NCBI RefSeq assembly: GCF_008831285.2
Contig: NC_045138.2
Location: forward strand, 6,014,001-6,078,000
Reading direction: 5' to 3'
DNA: 64,000 nucleotides
Source: Nymphaea colorata
Lineage: Eukaryota
The notes beneath the pieces were generated by a model. That model was not told the DNA's origin, searched no databases, and was given only the letters and a program-made list of their open reading frames with translations. Shown here in pieces: positions 50,961 through 64,000 of the stretch. Within the stretch, counting starts at the first letter, position 1, and each line of letters opens with the position of its first letter. The translations under genes and the position numbers were made by a program.

Positions 50961-51482
50961 TTCTGATGAAGGCACAAGCCAGCACGGCCTGACCAGCCCT
51001 TGGCCATCGAGAAGCCACAGGCCAGCATGGCCCGACCACCTGGGCCCCCGCAAGGGACCTTGCTGAGCATCACTCAGTCGGATTTGATGATCGCGTATGC
51101 ACAGTGAGCAACATGATGCACCTGCGCATGGGCGCTATCCTCATTCGTATGTAGCAGTGCCCCATCATCAGGCCAGGCATGGCCGGGGCACGAGGCAGCT
51201 TTAGCTGGGAGGCACGCATGCTTGGGCCGTATCATACTGTGCGAATAGCCTACTACAGAGAGCCTCTGTAGCCGAGAAGCATTCGGCCCAATCCCTTAGG
51301 ATGATCGAAGCCATTCTGGGTCCAATCATTTTGTGTGCCTCCAAATAGATCCTTGACACACTGGAGGGAGGTAATATTATGTCCCCTAATCAGTATAAGG
51401 AGATAAGTCAAGGCTATGTATCATCGTCCCTATGGAAGCTGACTCCTACCATTGGGTTTTCCAACAGACGACCATATTGCAT

Positions 51483-52498
51483 CAATGTTGTGAGAAGTGT
51501 ACGCTTCTCACAAAAAAAATGCGAGTCAAGGCGTTAAATGCCTTGAGGCAAGGGTTTGAGGCGCACGTGTTCCTGAAGCATGCGCCTCATGTGTGTAAGG
51601 CGTACGCCTCACATAGTGGCACGCTTCTGCTTGAGGCGCATGCCTCAAGGACAAATTCTATTTAGTGACTTTTAAAGTAAAAAATTAAAAAATTAAATAA
51701 AATTAGTCTCACACGTAAGTTACAAAAGTTAGTGTATTTAGTGGCTTTTAATGTAACCCTAATTAAATTCTCTTTCTATCTCTAACTACCCTTTTCTCAA
51801 ATATCAATCCCAAATCACCCGTCCCCACACTTTTTTCCAAGAAGGAGTTTTCTTCTCTGTGGCTGAGAAGGTGAAAGGACACGTCTGCTTCAAGGTACTC
51901 TCCAACTACAGGCCCGGTTGCAAGGCACTCTCAAACTCACATGTGAGTTTAAATGTCTTCCTCCTTCCTGTTAGCATATAATACAAAAGTTTAGTGATAT
52001 TGACAGCCATGTATGCCTTGGCCCCATCCTGTTAGTGTACAATAGTTTATAGAAGATGACAATGATGAAGATACAATTGACCAATTGCCTACAAAGTTCA
52101 TTTGAACTTTGTTAGATATCACTCGATAATTACACAAATTAGTTACTTTTTTAATTTTTCTACATATACATATGTTATTGTTCAAGAATACTTGTTATTT
52201 ACTTATTCTCTTAGTTGATATTATCATCCGAATCTTAATTGTTTTGACATTGTACTTATTCTCTTAGTTGATATTATCATCCGAATCTTAATTGTTTTGA
52301 CATTGTATTTATTTGAATTTACAAATGATTGTGGTCTACATACGTTGTGTATTGTTCTTTATTGATATGCTTAGTATTGTACTTACTTTTTTCAGTTTTG
52401 TTATTATTTTTATAAATATTATATAATTCACAAATTTGTCCGCAAAGCTTATGCTTCAATTAATGTATCGCCTCGCTTTCTCACCTTTTACAACATTG
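51483..52498. mobile_element. hAT MITE inserted in the 3' LTR
   Basis: TIR CAATGTTGT / ACAACATTG; 8-bp TSD TATTGCAT / CATTGCAT. The 5' LTR shows the empty site (single CATTGCAT at ~46966-46973). Confidence 0.92.
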
Positions 52499-55399
52499 CA
52501 TTGCATTCTACACGTCTTCCTAGTTCCAACGATCCCTAGTTCATCCAAATCGGACCTGTATATTGGAAGTAACAAGCCTAAGAACTCACTCCTATCCATC
52601 GGCAAACTCAGCCTGAAGCTCCTGCGATGGCCGAGAAAGTCATCCATGTTCCTCGATCAATGCCATCCAAAATCACAGCCGATTCTCCCTACTAATGGCC
52701 GCATGTTACTCCTGATGCTCTCTGGTTCCAGAAAGCCCAGGCACCTGTGATTTCCCTCAGTTCCCTAAGAGCAATAAAATGTTGAAGTAGCTCCACCTTG
52801 TCGGAGGTGACTGTCACCAGACCGACTAGCGCCTGCGGCTAAGAGAGATCAACCCCTTGCCGTTGCCGGTTGATCAATCCCATAGATTGATCCTTGTGTG
52901 GTACATCTCTTGTATCGTTGTTTATCTACTCCTTTTAACTGTTGTCTTCTTGGCTGCATGCTGAACGGAGGAGGAGCTGAATGTACGTGGTTTCCAGCTG
53001 TGTCACAAGGCTCTATCAGCGGCTGGCTTGCTCCTTAAAACACGTTCAACTGACCCAAGGCAGGAGCTCCCTGTTGTAGCAAACAGGTGCCACAATGGTC
53101 CTCGTCGTCCAGGCCTCTCCCATTGACTGTAGCAGCACTTTGCTGGAGAAGGATGCACAGTAGCAGGGCATTTAGGTCAAGACAACTGATCATTCGTGAC
53201 ACCCTGTCACTTCCTAGGCTGAAGGCAAGAACAGCCTAGAGTGTCGACTATGAGGTAAAACTGTCTATCACCCTATATACACAGGGAGGGTGTATTTGCT
53301 TTAAGGTTGCGGCCATCATCCAGCGTGGGGGAAACCCTTGGTGTCCTCTAGGCATCCAAGCGTGGCCCCCATTTGAGCCCACCAGAAGAAACCTGGCCTA
53401 CTGGGGAAGAGGGTGTGGTTTGTGCAAGTAGACATGGTTTTTGAATGTTCTTGAGCTGGCCAGTGGCAGTGAGTGAGTTGTAAGTGGTTTAAAGCATTGT
53501 ATCGCTCACGCCTTGTACTATTAAAGCCTTTCAACCCATATCTGAATAATGTATATGTAGCTAGGTGCGGAAGAAGGATCTGCTGTACCCATCCGAGATT
53601 AGTTAGAAGGTCAGGGTCCTATCCAACCAAGGCCTATTTTGTAATATGAGTTAACCTCCCTTCGGTTTGGTGTCGGTTTCCAGTCTAGGTCAAAGAAGAT
53701 GACCCTTAGCTCAGTGGTATCGAGAGGGCCTCGGCCAGGTGGGGGCACCACCAGGGCAGGCCAGGGCCAGGGCCTAGGGAGGCCAGGCTAGCACAGCGTC
53801 AGGCCAGGCCTGCTAGCCGCCAGGTGCTATACTTGGCCATGCTAGGGCCGGCTAGCGCTGGGCCAGGCCCAGCTGGCGAGGCCAGCGTCGAGCCAGGCAA
53901 GAGCAACCAGCCTAGGGCCAGGCCAGGTCAACCACAACAAGGCCATGCTAGGACCAGGGTCAGGCCACGCCAGACCAGTGCAGCATCGGGCTAGGCCCGC
54001 CCGGGCGTGGATCGTCCATACCAGGCTTGGTCAACCGCCACGTTGGTTGTGGTCACCACAAACAGTATTTTGGTATTTTTGAGAAAAAGTAAGGTTAATC
54101 TTTTGAAATGAAAGGACATTTTGAGAAAACCAAGGACATTCAATGACATTTTTAGAAAATCACGGGTATTTTGGAATCTTGAACTAGAAATTATTGGTAT
54201 TTGGAAAATTAATGTCTCCATACTTGGATTGGGAATGATCCCTCACTTGTATTCAGATCTCAAAATGGATCTAGCTCTCAGATTTGGAGCTGGATCAAGA
54301 TCAAAGGCTTAGAATGGATCATAAATAATATATTTGGATTTGGATCTCGAATTTGATCTAAAACTCTATTTGGTTTTGAATCTTAGATTTAGATCTAGAT
54401 TAAGGTAAAAGCATGGAATTTGATTCAAATTTGGATCTAGATCAAGAATTTGGAGCCGAACAAGGATATGGATCCATACTTTGGATCTTGGGTTTGGATC
54501 GGGTCTGAATTGATATGAAGGTACAAATTGGGATAATTGAGTCTAGAATTGAGATTTGGATATGGGTCTAGATCTAAAGTTTTGTTGTGAATCCAGTTTT
54601 AGAATTTGGATTTGGATCTGGATCCATTTTTTATGTGGTTTGAATCTAGGGATCTATTTTGGATTTAGGGCTAGTATTTGGATATAGATTTGGATCTAGG
54701 GCTTTATTTTGTATGGAGGGCTGGGCTTTGGATGTAGATTTGGTTCTAGGGCTGGGCTTTGGATCTTATGATTTGTTTTAGGCTTCTATATGAGTTTTTG
54801 AGTAGGATCACAATTTGAATTCTATAATAAGTCTAAATTGAGATTGGGCTTTGTGTCCAGAAGTATATCCAAATAAGTCCTAAATATCGCTCATAGTCAA
54901 ATAAAGGAAGAAATTGACCATAATTAAGATAATTTGAAGTGTTTGAAGCCGAAATCCTTGAAGGTTGTTGTAAAGTTATCATGAAATGTTTGAGAAAGCG
55001 TAAATGTAGAATCTTTAAAAAATTTGGGGTGATTATAAAGACAAGCAGAAGAGGGGTGTGGTAGACATAACGTCCTGTCCGTTCTCTCTAGAAAAACAAT
55101 TTTCGAACAACCTCTAACTATACTTGTTTAACACTTTAAACTTTAGACCCCAAAGTTGAACATGACTTCTATGTAAATGCAACAAGATAAGTTGCATAGT
55201 CACCTAGCATTTTGGAAGACACCCAATGGAATTGTAACTTAATTAATCTTGCTGGTTGCTATGCAACTCATTATTGTGAGCTAGTTGCTCTCTAAATATA
55301 AAGAGTTCTCTGAAATTGCAAGTACAACACATCAAAGTTGATGAACCATAATATATTTATGAATTTTTCTTGTTGTGTTATAATGGTCCAAGGCCTAAA

Positions 55400-55475
55400 A
55401 GGAAATAGCATAGTTGGTTGGACTGGTAGATAGATAAATTAAACTTCATCGGTTTGATTCCATTGAGCACTATGC
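55400..55475 (+). mobile_element. Degenerate tRNA-derived SINE head
   Basis: A-box TAGCATAGTTGG (55406-55417) and B-box GTTTGATTCC (55452-55461), similar to the copies at 57385 and 60471. Confidence 0.5.
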
Positions 55476-57384
55476 AATTTGCATCTTAAGGGGTTGAGAT
55501 GCGACATTTAAGCTGACAAGTATGTTGTATGTATCTATTCTCGATCAATTTAGTCCAAGTCTCGAGAGGTAGGAGGAAACACAATTTGCTTTGCATGAGC
55601 CATGCTCTCAACAAGCCAAACACATTATGTCCAAATACTCCCTGATCTCGGACTGCCTGTATTGCCACCTAACTCCAATATCTCATTCTAAACACTCATT
55701 ATGGACAGTAAAGCATTGGAAGTTCTGGCCCTAGCCAGGATCCATGCATATGAACTATGCGTTACAAAAACGAACTTACCCCGGAATGACTCTCCAGGAT
55801 AAATATGAGTTTTATGTTGCATTTTTTGGCAAAAAAATTACCTTGCGAATACTCCAAAGACAAAATTTAAGTTACTCCCTAAGGCAAGTCATTCGAGGAG
55901 CCTCTAGTCGCTTTCTTACAGCATGACGAGCAGGGACAAACAATAAGGGAAGAAGGTCAGAACTGAAAATGAAAGGGAAGATTTCAGAAACTTAAGCAAG
56001 CAAAGGAGGGAAAAGGATAGGATGAAGTTCCACCTTTTTTTTGGAGGGCGTGCAGGCAGGAAGGGGGAGGAGAGGCTAGAAGTAATGATCCAAGACTTCA
56101 TGATAGTTAAAACACAGAGTTATGGGCAAGATCAACACTATTTGTGAAAATCACAGTCTTCAATTGTCTCAAGTTTTAGGAGCATCACAAATAAAATTTA
56201 AACTGATCACAAATTGCATATTTTTTTTGTAAGATCCTCTGCTGAAGAGAAGCTCACCTACTGAATGAAAAGCCAAATCAAGTTACTTAGTTGCTATTTG
56301 GTTTCACGTGAAAATATGTTCTACTTTTCATAGAAAATATAAGGTTAATAAAAACTGCCCAAAACAAAATCTGATAAGAAATGGCAAAAATGATACAGCT
56401 TGCTTATTAACAAACAATTTGGTCGGATTTTGATTAAGATCTAAAGCCGAATCATGATCAGATTCTAATTAAAGAAAAATCGTAGTCACTGAATCCAAAT
56501 TAAATATGATATTCCATCCTCCAATCTGATTTAAGTGCGCTAGAATTCTACGTATTTTGATGATATGAACATAGAAACAAAAGATATCGTCCAATTTAAA
56601 TATCTCATTAGAACCAAGTCGTTGTAGCTAACCCTTCCTTTAGGGGCAGGGCTGGTAGGAGGTCAGTTTTTGTTTTGAATCTTCGTGTTATCAATCCTTT
56701 GTGCCATAAAAGAGGGCTACTGACATGCAAGTTGAAACAGACATCATGAGACACCAAAAACATGTCATGTATATAGGCACCTCATTCGGAAGCAGGTGCG
56801 GGCAGGGCATTTGCCCACATGGACTCACAAAAAATACTTATTGTTACATTTGCACCATAAATGCAAGTGTTTCTATTTACATGTTGATGCCCCTTAAAAT
56901 TGAAAATTTATGACTATATTGTGTCTCTTAGTCAAGTTTTCTAGTTCGGTCTCTGACTCATTCTTAAGAAAAAAGCGAGAAAACTTATTTTTCTTTTCTT
57001 ATTTTTTTCTGCTTTTTTTTTTTTGGTGTGGTCAAGCAAGAAACTAAGAATAAAGAAGGTGACCACTCCCTCATTGCATCATGATATATTAACGTCTATG
57101 AAACCGTCATTTGATGATGCAAAATAAAAGACAAAAATGAGACAAAATCCCAGCCAATACATCCAGATCAAGATTACCCAGATCCTAACTTCCTTGGAAA
57201 TCTTCTACACTAATAAAGTTTATTTTTCTTAAAATAACAACCTGATATAAATTTAAATTCATCATTATTATTTTCTTTGTTAAAATATTTCAATGTGCTC
57301 TATATGGCTTTAGTGTTATTCATAACGATGTGTATTACACCCCATTGGTTTTACCTACATCATACCAACAACTTATAAGTTTCA

Positions 57385-57570
57385 AGAGGCGTAGCATAGC
57401 TGGTTAGCTGAGAGACTCAGTTCGATTCCTATAGGTGCTACTCCTTTAAACTGCAAACGGTGGCATACATGATACTAAAGTTGAAGAGTGTACTATAAAA
57501 CCAACTAGGTCGTGAAGAAGTCCTAGATCTTGGGACCATGAAGAAGATAAGGAGGCTCCTCTCTCGTACC
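57385..57570 (+). mobile_element. tRNA-derived SINE (internally deleted)
   Basis: A-box TAGCATAGCTGG (57392-57403), B-box GTTCGATTCC (57420-57429), then GCTACTCCTTTA..CTGCAAAC shared with the 60471 copy. Confidence 0.7.
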
Positions 57571-58248
57571 ACCATATTAACAAGCTCTGGTAAATTACTA
57601 AGGCCGATACAATCCTCTTTTAGGAATCAGCAGATATATATGTGGCCGAATTTACCAATATCAGTCTATTACGGGCCGACATATTAATAAATGACAATTT
57701 AAAATTTTAAATTAATTGTTGCAAAATTTAAGCTCATTAATATGGGCCAGTATTGCGTAATATCGCTGATATACATATTGGGCTTTTCTATATTCGGATG
57801 CGGGAAAAAAAAATCGGACTTTACAAGATTGGATGGTCTTTAATGGCTGACTTTCTTCACCTTGCATTTAAAATAATAGAACTATTCAACGTATAGAAGT
57901 GATACGGACAAGATGTCTACTTTATTGGGAACCAAGTTGGTTCATATCTCCAAAAGCTTTTAAGTTATAATATCTGCAAGCTAAGTTGTCGAGTGATGAG
58001 AGGGACAATTCGGTCTTATGATTAATACCTAAAAATTTTAGGGTAATAAATAGCTTAAGTGCTTATGTGTTGATATTGTTAATTAATTGATGTAAGCAAC
58101 ATGGTATGATATCATCATTATGCACACTATAATAACATAAAAAATAAAGTTTATTATAAGAGGCACGTGATTTTTTTTGGGTTTAGTTGTTGATTAGAAG
58201 ATTAGTTTATTAAATCATGGCTGTAATTGTCTTTGAAGTCAAAATGAT

Positions 58249-58670
58249 TAGGAATGTCAACAGATCAGATTTGAAGCAGATATACCCTTTCTTGTATTTG
58301 CTTTTTCAGATTTTTCACATATTGAGGTTCAAAAAAAAAAAAAAAAGGTATATCGGTATCCAAAATTAAACTTCTCAATTCGATTATGATTCACATCTAA
58401 TTTTTACCTTCATATTTGAATCTGAATTTTTGAGCTGAATTTGACCGATTCAATGTAAGACCATTGGATAGAATATTTATTTAAAACTAATTTGTTCTGA
58501 ATATGAATTCAGTCAGATATTTATATATATCTGAATTGGAACCCGATATCAATTCTTAAATCTGAATTTGATCAGTTCTTTTAATCAGATATTATTTTTT
58601 TTTGTCATGTCTGATTTTTCGGAACCATTCGATCTAATATCCAATGTAAATCAAATATATTGTCATCCCA
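58249..58670. mobile_element. MITE (TAGGGATGTCAA family)
   Basis: TAGGAATGTCAACAGATCAGAT ... ATATTGTCATCCCA; collinear with 37866-38240. Confidence 0.65.
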
Positions 58671-60470
58671 AAAAATAATTGGTCATAGCAGTTGATAATT
58701 AAATGGTTATTGAGTTGTTAACGAGAGCATTCTAGTCCAAGTAAGCCTGTTATAATCAAGGCAGAGTTTGAGTTTCAGCGGAGCCAGCTCGAACTTGGTT
58801 CGAGTCGTAGCAGGCCAAGCTCAAGCTTGGTTTGACCACGAAACCATTAGTTTGAGCGCAGCTTATTTAATTAACTGAATTCACATTTATTGCAGAAGTA
58901 CATGACTAGTATAATAAACTATTTAAGCTATATAACGTAGATTTGACCTTTCCTTTTTTAAAATAATTATGGAATTTATGAATTTTTTTTGATTCTCAGC
59001 TGTTCAAAAAATAAGAAAATAAGGTTGCTGATATTTAAACAAGTTTTTAAAATTATATGCAATATAAAACCAGTTGAAACATTATAAATAATGCTTGGCA
59101 TGTTCACGGGCAAAGATCGCCAGAGAGAACATAACTGTGGTTTTAAGTAGGCTGGATCTGACCTGAAGACAATTGTACTCAAGTGTCATGGATTCCGAAC
59201 TGTTTCTAAAGCTATTTTTAACACTGAATTTTTATCACTCAAAGCCTTCCTAGCCATATATATATATATATATATATATTGAACGGTCACTCTAGCTATT
59301 TATACTCATCAAGTTCATTCATGAGGGTTATTTTGATAGACAGTTGAGAGAAAAATAAGAAGAAAAAGATGATAGACATTTTTGTTATATAGTATTTGTT
59401 TTTTTTTGCATGTTTTTTTCTGAGAGGAATAAAAACCAAGACCTCTTAAGTTTATGCTAAAAAGTGTTTTAAACAACATGAACCTTTTAATGTGTTTATA
59501 AACAATCAAATCATGCCTTTGTTCAAGTCATTTTTGTAAAAACGAAAAATTGAACATTCTACTATCAAAATTTTAATGTTATAAGAGCTTTCCGTTTTAT
59601 TATTATTAAAAAAACATTATTTAAGTAAGAAAATGACCAACTTCATATATGCTTCTCACCAAATCACTCTTTAAGGTCATATCCATAAGGTTACATTGCA
59701 AAGAAACATATTTTAATAATTAGTTTATATGGGTTCAGTTTTTGTTTCTTACCTAAGGAGTCAGGTTTTGACTAAATTGTTTAAATTTAAAAAAATTTTC
59801 AATAAAAAGATTATATATCATAACTGTAAGCACTATAAACTTTTGCCATACAATAAACTATCTTCAATGTCTATAGATTAAATCTACACAGACACACACA
59901 CATACAAGAGTTTTGACTTCTACATTTTCAGCATAAAGGTCAAAAGTACTCTAACCCCCTAATTACATTGTTCGAATTAGACTTAGTGTTTGTCAATTTA
60001 GTAACTGAGGCCACTATTTTACAAGATAATACAGTGATATTTGGATTAGTTAGCAGCAACAAATGGGGTTAATTGGCTTATATGTCTTCTAGTATCGTAT
60101 TCAAAATTTGGATTAATAAAGCTAATAAAAAACTCACAAAAAAGAGGTAGCTATTTCTAGCATGTTCATATTGGCATGCCACGTGGTGGATTTGCTGATA
60201 CGACGTGGATTTAGGCTGATGCTAGCGGATGCCAACAGTAGGAGTTTAATTATACTTAAAAACCGATTAATTGCATCACATTGGATTGAATTTCTCATGG
60301 ATCTACAATCTATCTGTCTTATAATATCGCATAAATCTTAAATTGAAACTAAGATCCAACACAATGACAAGGACTGTCAGAAGCTCATAAATTTGAATAT
60401 AGATTTCAATACTAATTTCTAAGCACTCATCTAATAGAATGCACGACTTTTTCAAGTCAAACATTATCCA

Positions 60471-60691
60471 GTCGAAGGCGTAGCATAGCTGGTCGAGCTA
60501 GTAGGTCAGCGAAAGCCCAATCGTTAGTTTGATTCCTGTGATCGCTACTCCTTTAGGCTGCAAACAATAGATGCATCGCTCCCCAGTTGAGGGGTGTCCC
60601 ATTTCTTACCCAAGTCCTCAAGTAGCCCTGAATTCCGGGGGGAGAGGAGAAAGCGAATGCTTTTGACCTCTCATCAAATTGCTAAATAAAA
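60471..60691 (+). mobile_element. tRNA-derived SINE, near full length
   Basis: A-box 60481-60492, B-box GTTTGATTCC 60527-60536, ~150-nt body, short A-rich tail. AAACATT occurs on both flanks (possible TSD). Confidence 0.75.
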
Positions 60692-62989
60692 CATTCCTCT
60701 ACTTTTGCATGAAAAATGAACAACTTCTTAAACCTGAATTCTTTCATTCATTACAAGATCTCTCTCGTTCCCATAAGGTTTTTAATTTTGATGCATTAAT
60801 GCGCAGAAAAATTAAAAAGTCGCAATATGATATATGCCGATCACATCTAACATTTTAAACGTGCAGGCACCGGGAGCTGCAGAATGGAACTAATATAGAA
60901 ATGAATAAAAAAGGGTTCAGATTCAGGTCCGATCCACTTTTCACTGGCGTCGACTTCGTAAGACACTTGCTACCACCGGCTGGGTATCGGGCTGGCCCAA
61001 GGCCTGACAAAGTTGGGTTCGGACTGGTCCAATGCCCTTGACCGCAGCCCAAGCCCTACCTGCTTAGTTCTGTTCGGTCCTACCATGAACTTTATACCTG
61101 TTGGATACTTGTTTTGATGTCCACCCATATTTGAAACCCTTAATATTTTATATTCATTAAAAACCTTAATGACGTGCCAAGAGTTTCTAAAGGTGTTATT
61201 AGTGACACATAAAGAGTTTTTAAGGAGGTCATCAATGATGCGCGAAAAGTTAAAAAAAAAAACTGATTAAAAGTGTTATATGCCGTGTGTGTGTGTGTAT
61301 AGGGACCGAGTCGAGCCCAAAAATAGCCGACTCAGGTTAGCCTTGGAATGGTAATTTTTTTTAATTGGGCTAATTCGAATATAGGTAACTCTATATTCGA
61401 TTGGATTGGGATTATATATATATATATATAAATATAAAAAGTTTGGTGTTAACAATAACTAGAAATCTGTTTTTATACAAGCCTTTAGTCCGCCCTTAAT
61501 TTGATTAGTTATGCTATACTCTTATATATATTATATATATATGTATATATATATATATATTTTGAAATGGGTTCGTTCAAAGTGACTTATAATAAACTAT
61601 AAACTTCGCATTCTGCATCGTAAACCTGAGTTGTATTTTTTTTTAATTTATGGAAAACCATATTCAAAGTTCGGGCGCTTTTGAACCGTCCAGTGTCCGC
61701 TAAGTCCTTGTTTTGTTTGTATTTAATTATTAGTGTACTTTTTATTCTTTGGGCTGATTCCAATAAAGGTTCAATCAACAAAAAAAAAACAGCAATCAAG
61801 GACAATAAAAACTTAAATTGCATTTGAAGTTTAAGCCGCATCGCTTGCCTGCAAACAACTAAAAAACTATGTTAAAAAAGAAAAACAAAATCGAAAATAA
61901 CATCTATAAGAGCAAAAATTATTGACTTAGAAGAAAATTTCTAATTATTGGTAACGCTAACTATGTGTTTTACAACCAGTTGAAGCCTACCAAATAGCTG
62001 ATTCACTCAGATCCATGTAACTAGACCTGAATTTCTTCACCAAGTCTAACTAAATGGATCAGTAATTTGGGCATACCCTATCCATTTACAACCCTAAAAT
62101 TACATTAAAATTCTCCAAATCTTGCTGATCTTATAAGGTGACAACATCTTTGCAAGGATTAGCTACAAACAAAAGATAATATTGAAAACTAGAATGGCAG
62201 CTAGGATTTGAATTGTGAATAGAACTCCACAGTCAACCAGGTGAAACTGTAGCTTGATGAGGCTTGAATTGGTGCAGGAAGAAGAGATTTTCCTTGTGAT
62301 GTCTTTATTGTATCTATTGGTCAAGTCTACAAGCCACAATGCTTTTGAGTTTTGACTTTTTCTTTTTAAATTTTGATTTGTAAGTGACTAAGTGCTTCAT
62401 TATCCATTTATTTATTTCTGATAAGAATGTACCCAATTGCATACTATTGGATCATTAGTGCATTATAAAAGGTTAGACACATATATTATCTATAAACAAA
62501 AAGTTTATATCAGTTTCACTTGTTGGTATTCAATTAATGATGATAAACTAAAAGGAGCCCACACTTTTCTTGTATTTAACTAAATGGTGTGCTTTAAATG
62601 ATTAAATAATAAGAATATCTGAGTTACAGCTTTAGGATTTCTAGAACTGTTAACATGGGGTTTTATAACCTGGATAGTACCCAAATCCAATTAATCGGGT
62701 TTGGTGAAAAGATGAGATTTGGCGTCTGAATCTGAACCAAACTTGAATCCAAGTCAAATGCAAAAGTTCAGAACCATAATGTAGAGCATAGAGGCCTGAT
62801 TTTTCACTGAATATTCCTCTACATAGTAGTCCGAGTCCGAATCCAAATCCAATTAAGACAAGTTCTTGTTAGATATATATATGTATGAACTTGTAATTTA
62901 TAGATTGGAACCAGTGTCAGACCCATTTGCATCCCTAGGTATGGACACCGAATCTATAAGGTGCCGATTCAAAACTTAATAGTGCAATT

Positions 62990-63278
62990 CAGGAGCCGAG
63001 ATAGGTGTGGGCTCTATGGGGTGTATGCCCCACGAAACCCACTCTAAAACCTTGTCTTTAATGATATGGGATGAGTAGATTTGGTTCCAATCATATGGGT
63101 ATACACCTCACAAAGCCCACTTGAAAACCTTGTTTGCAATGATTGGGTATGAGTAGATTTGGACCTAATTATATGGGTCAGTCCCGCGAGAGCCCGAGCC
63201 ACCACCCTAAGGCCTATTGGAAATTTGTTACCTATACATTTAGTGCTTCATAGACAAAAATTTATCGCTCCGCCTCTA
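62990..63278. mobile_element. hAT MITE with perfect TSD and an internal ~84-bp tandem duplication
   Basis: TSD GTGCAATT at 62982-62989 and 63279-63286; CAGGAGCCGAG...GCTCCGCCTCTA termini; AAAACCTTGT..ATGAGTAGATTTGG unit occurs twice. Confidence 0.8.
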
Positions 63279-64000
63279 GTGCAATTTCACTTAAATTCAC
63301 TAAATGAACCCTGATTCCAGGACTGATTTGGACCTTTTGGTGCTGATCCAGAAACGGTCTATATTAATTGAATTTGTATCTCGGAACCAAGTATGTTGCC
63401 ATTCTTTTTCTTGAATCACATATCATTCAGCACATTAGTTTCTATTGGAACCAATCTTGCATTGGATATATCTAGTTAAGTCCAACTTGATCCATTTAAT
63501 GCAGCCTTGACAAAGTTCGAAATGGGTGATTAGATCCATGTGAGCTCATGTATTATTTATCTTGTTCCATATATGATGAGAGCAGTGGCCGAGACACTTG
63601 ACCACACAAGCCCCTCAATGTTTCTTTATTTTCAAGTTACCATCTTCAAATATTTGTTCTGTTATACATATGAATGCCTATTCGAATAACATGAAAATCT
63701 GTGAATGGGTGCTCCATACTGAAAATTTTTATCATCTAGCTTGATAGATCCCCTGTCTAAGATCATGGATCTGAGAGATCATGCCTTGTGATTTTGATGT
63801 GAAAGTAAAATAAATATTAATATCAATTCTATGGATTACGTCTGTCACCTAATTAGACCTTTAGTTTGATAAACTATGGATTTTAGTATGAAGATTTTGC
63901 TATATAATAAAAAATATGTCCAATCAAATTCATGAATCTAATAACATGAGTAACCAAAGGCTCCCCAAAAAGGCATTTAGCAGAAGAAGTACATTAGCCT

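Larger units (their letters stand above)
45335..53750 (+). mobile_element. Internally deleted Ty3/Gypsy (chromovirus-like) LTR retrotransposon
   Basis: 5' LTR TGTGATG..(45335) to ..CACACCA (48612). PBS TGGTACAAGAGCCA at 48617-48630 (2 mismatches to the initiator-Met PBS TGGTATCAGAGCCA). Gag remnant present. Diverged, 5'-truncated 3' LTR at ~50975-53750. TSD not clear. Confidence 0.88.
43039..55037 (-). mobile_element. Large solo LTR (~3.6 kb net), interrupted by a nested Gypsy element
   Basis: Imperfect inverted ends TGTTTACATCCCCAAAATTT / AAATTTGGGGTGATTATA; perfect 5-bp TSD AAGAC (43034-43038, 55038-55042). LTR-type TATA CTATAAATAC on - at 45033-45024. The same GGCCA-rich tract continues on both sides of the inner element. 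No coding remnants of its own. Confidence 0.75.
41878..55114. mobile_element. PIF/Harbinger-type non-autonomous element (~1.2 kb net), split by a 12-kb nested insertion
   Basis: TIR GAGGTTGTTTGA (41878) / TCGAACAACCTC (ends 55114), 1 mismatch in 12; TAA on both flanks (41875-41877, 55115-55117). Confidence 0.7.

Noticed and set aside
55480..56100. Possible LINE 3' remnant on the - strand
   Set aside because: Only a vague resemblance (WTKLIENRY); cannot be supported without a profile search.
57385..57440. Possible tRNA gene
   Set aside because: A and B boxes are present but the spacing is too short for an anticodon arm, and the downstream body is shared with a SINE copy.

Overview
Flowering-plant nuclear DNA (species not determinable from sequence alone) with two convergent, intron-rich genes and a transposon-dense remainder. 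(1) A BOP1/ERB1-family ribosome-biogenesis WD40 gene on + (16 reconstructed exons, 2685-9459; N-terminus unresolved). It contains an AT-AC minor-spliceosome (U12) intron and is atypically substituted at normally conserved motifs. (2) A complete UV-B photoreceptor UVR8 gene on - (12 exons, 33720-15517, about 439 aa), with a GC-AG intron, two NAGNAG acceptors, a 3 x ~410 bp intronic tandem array and many MITEs. A decayed L1-type LINE lies between the genes. No host gene was found from about 34 kb to 64 kb. That region holds a four-level nested insertion: a PIF/Harbinger element (TAA TSD) contains a solo LTR (AAGAC TSD), which contains a deleted Ty3/Gypsy element, which contains a hAT MITE (8-bp TSD). 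It also holds tRNA-derived SINEs and several hAT MITE families. I see no convincing wholly new biological system. The best leads are the U12 intron with an internal consensus U12 donor decoy, the divergent BOP1 and the nested transposon stack. All coordinates were read by eye.
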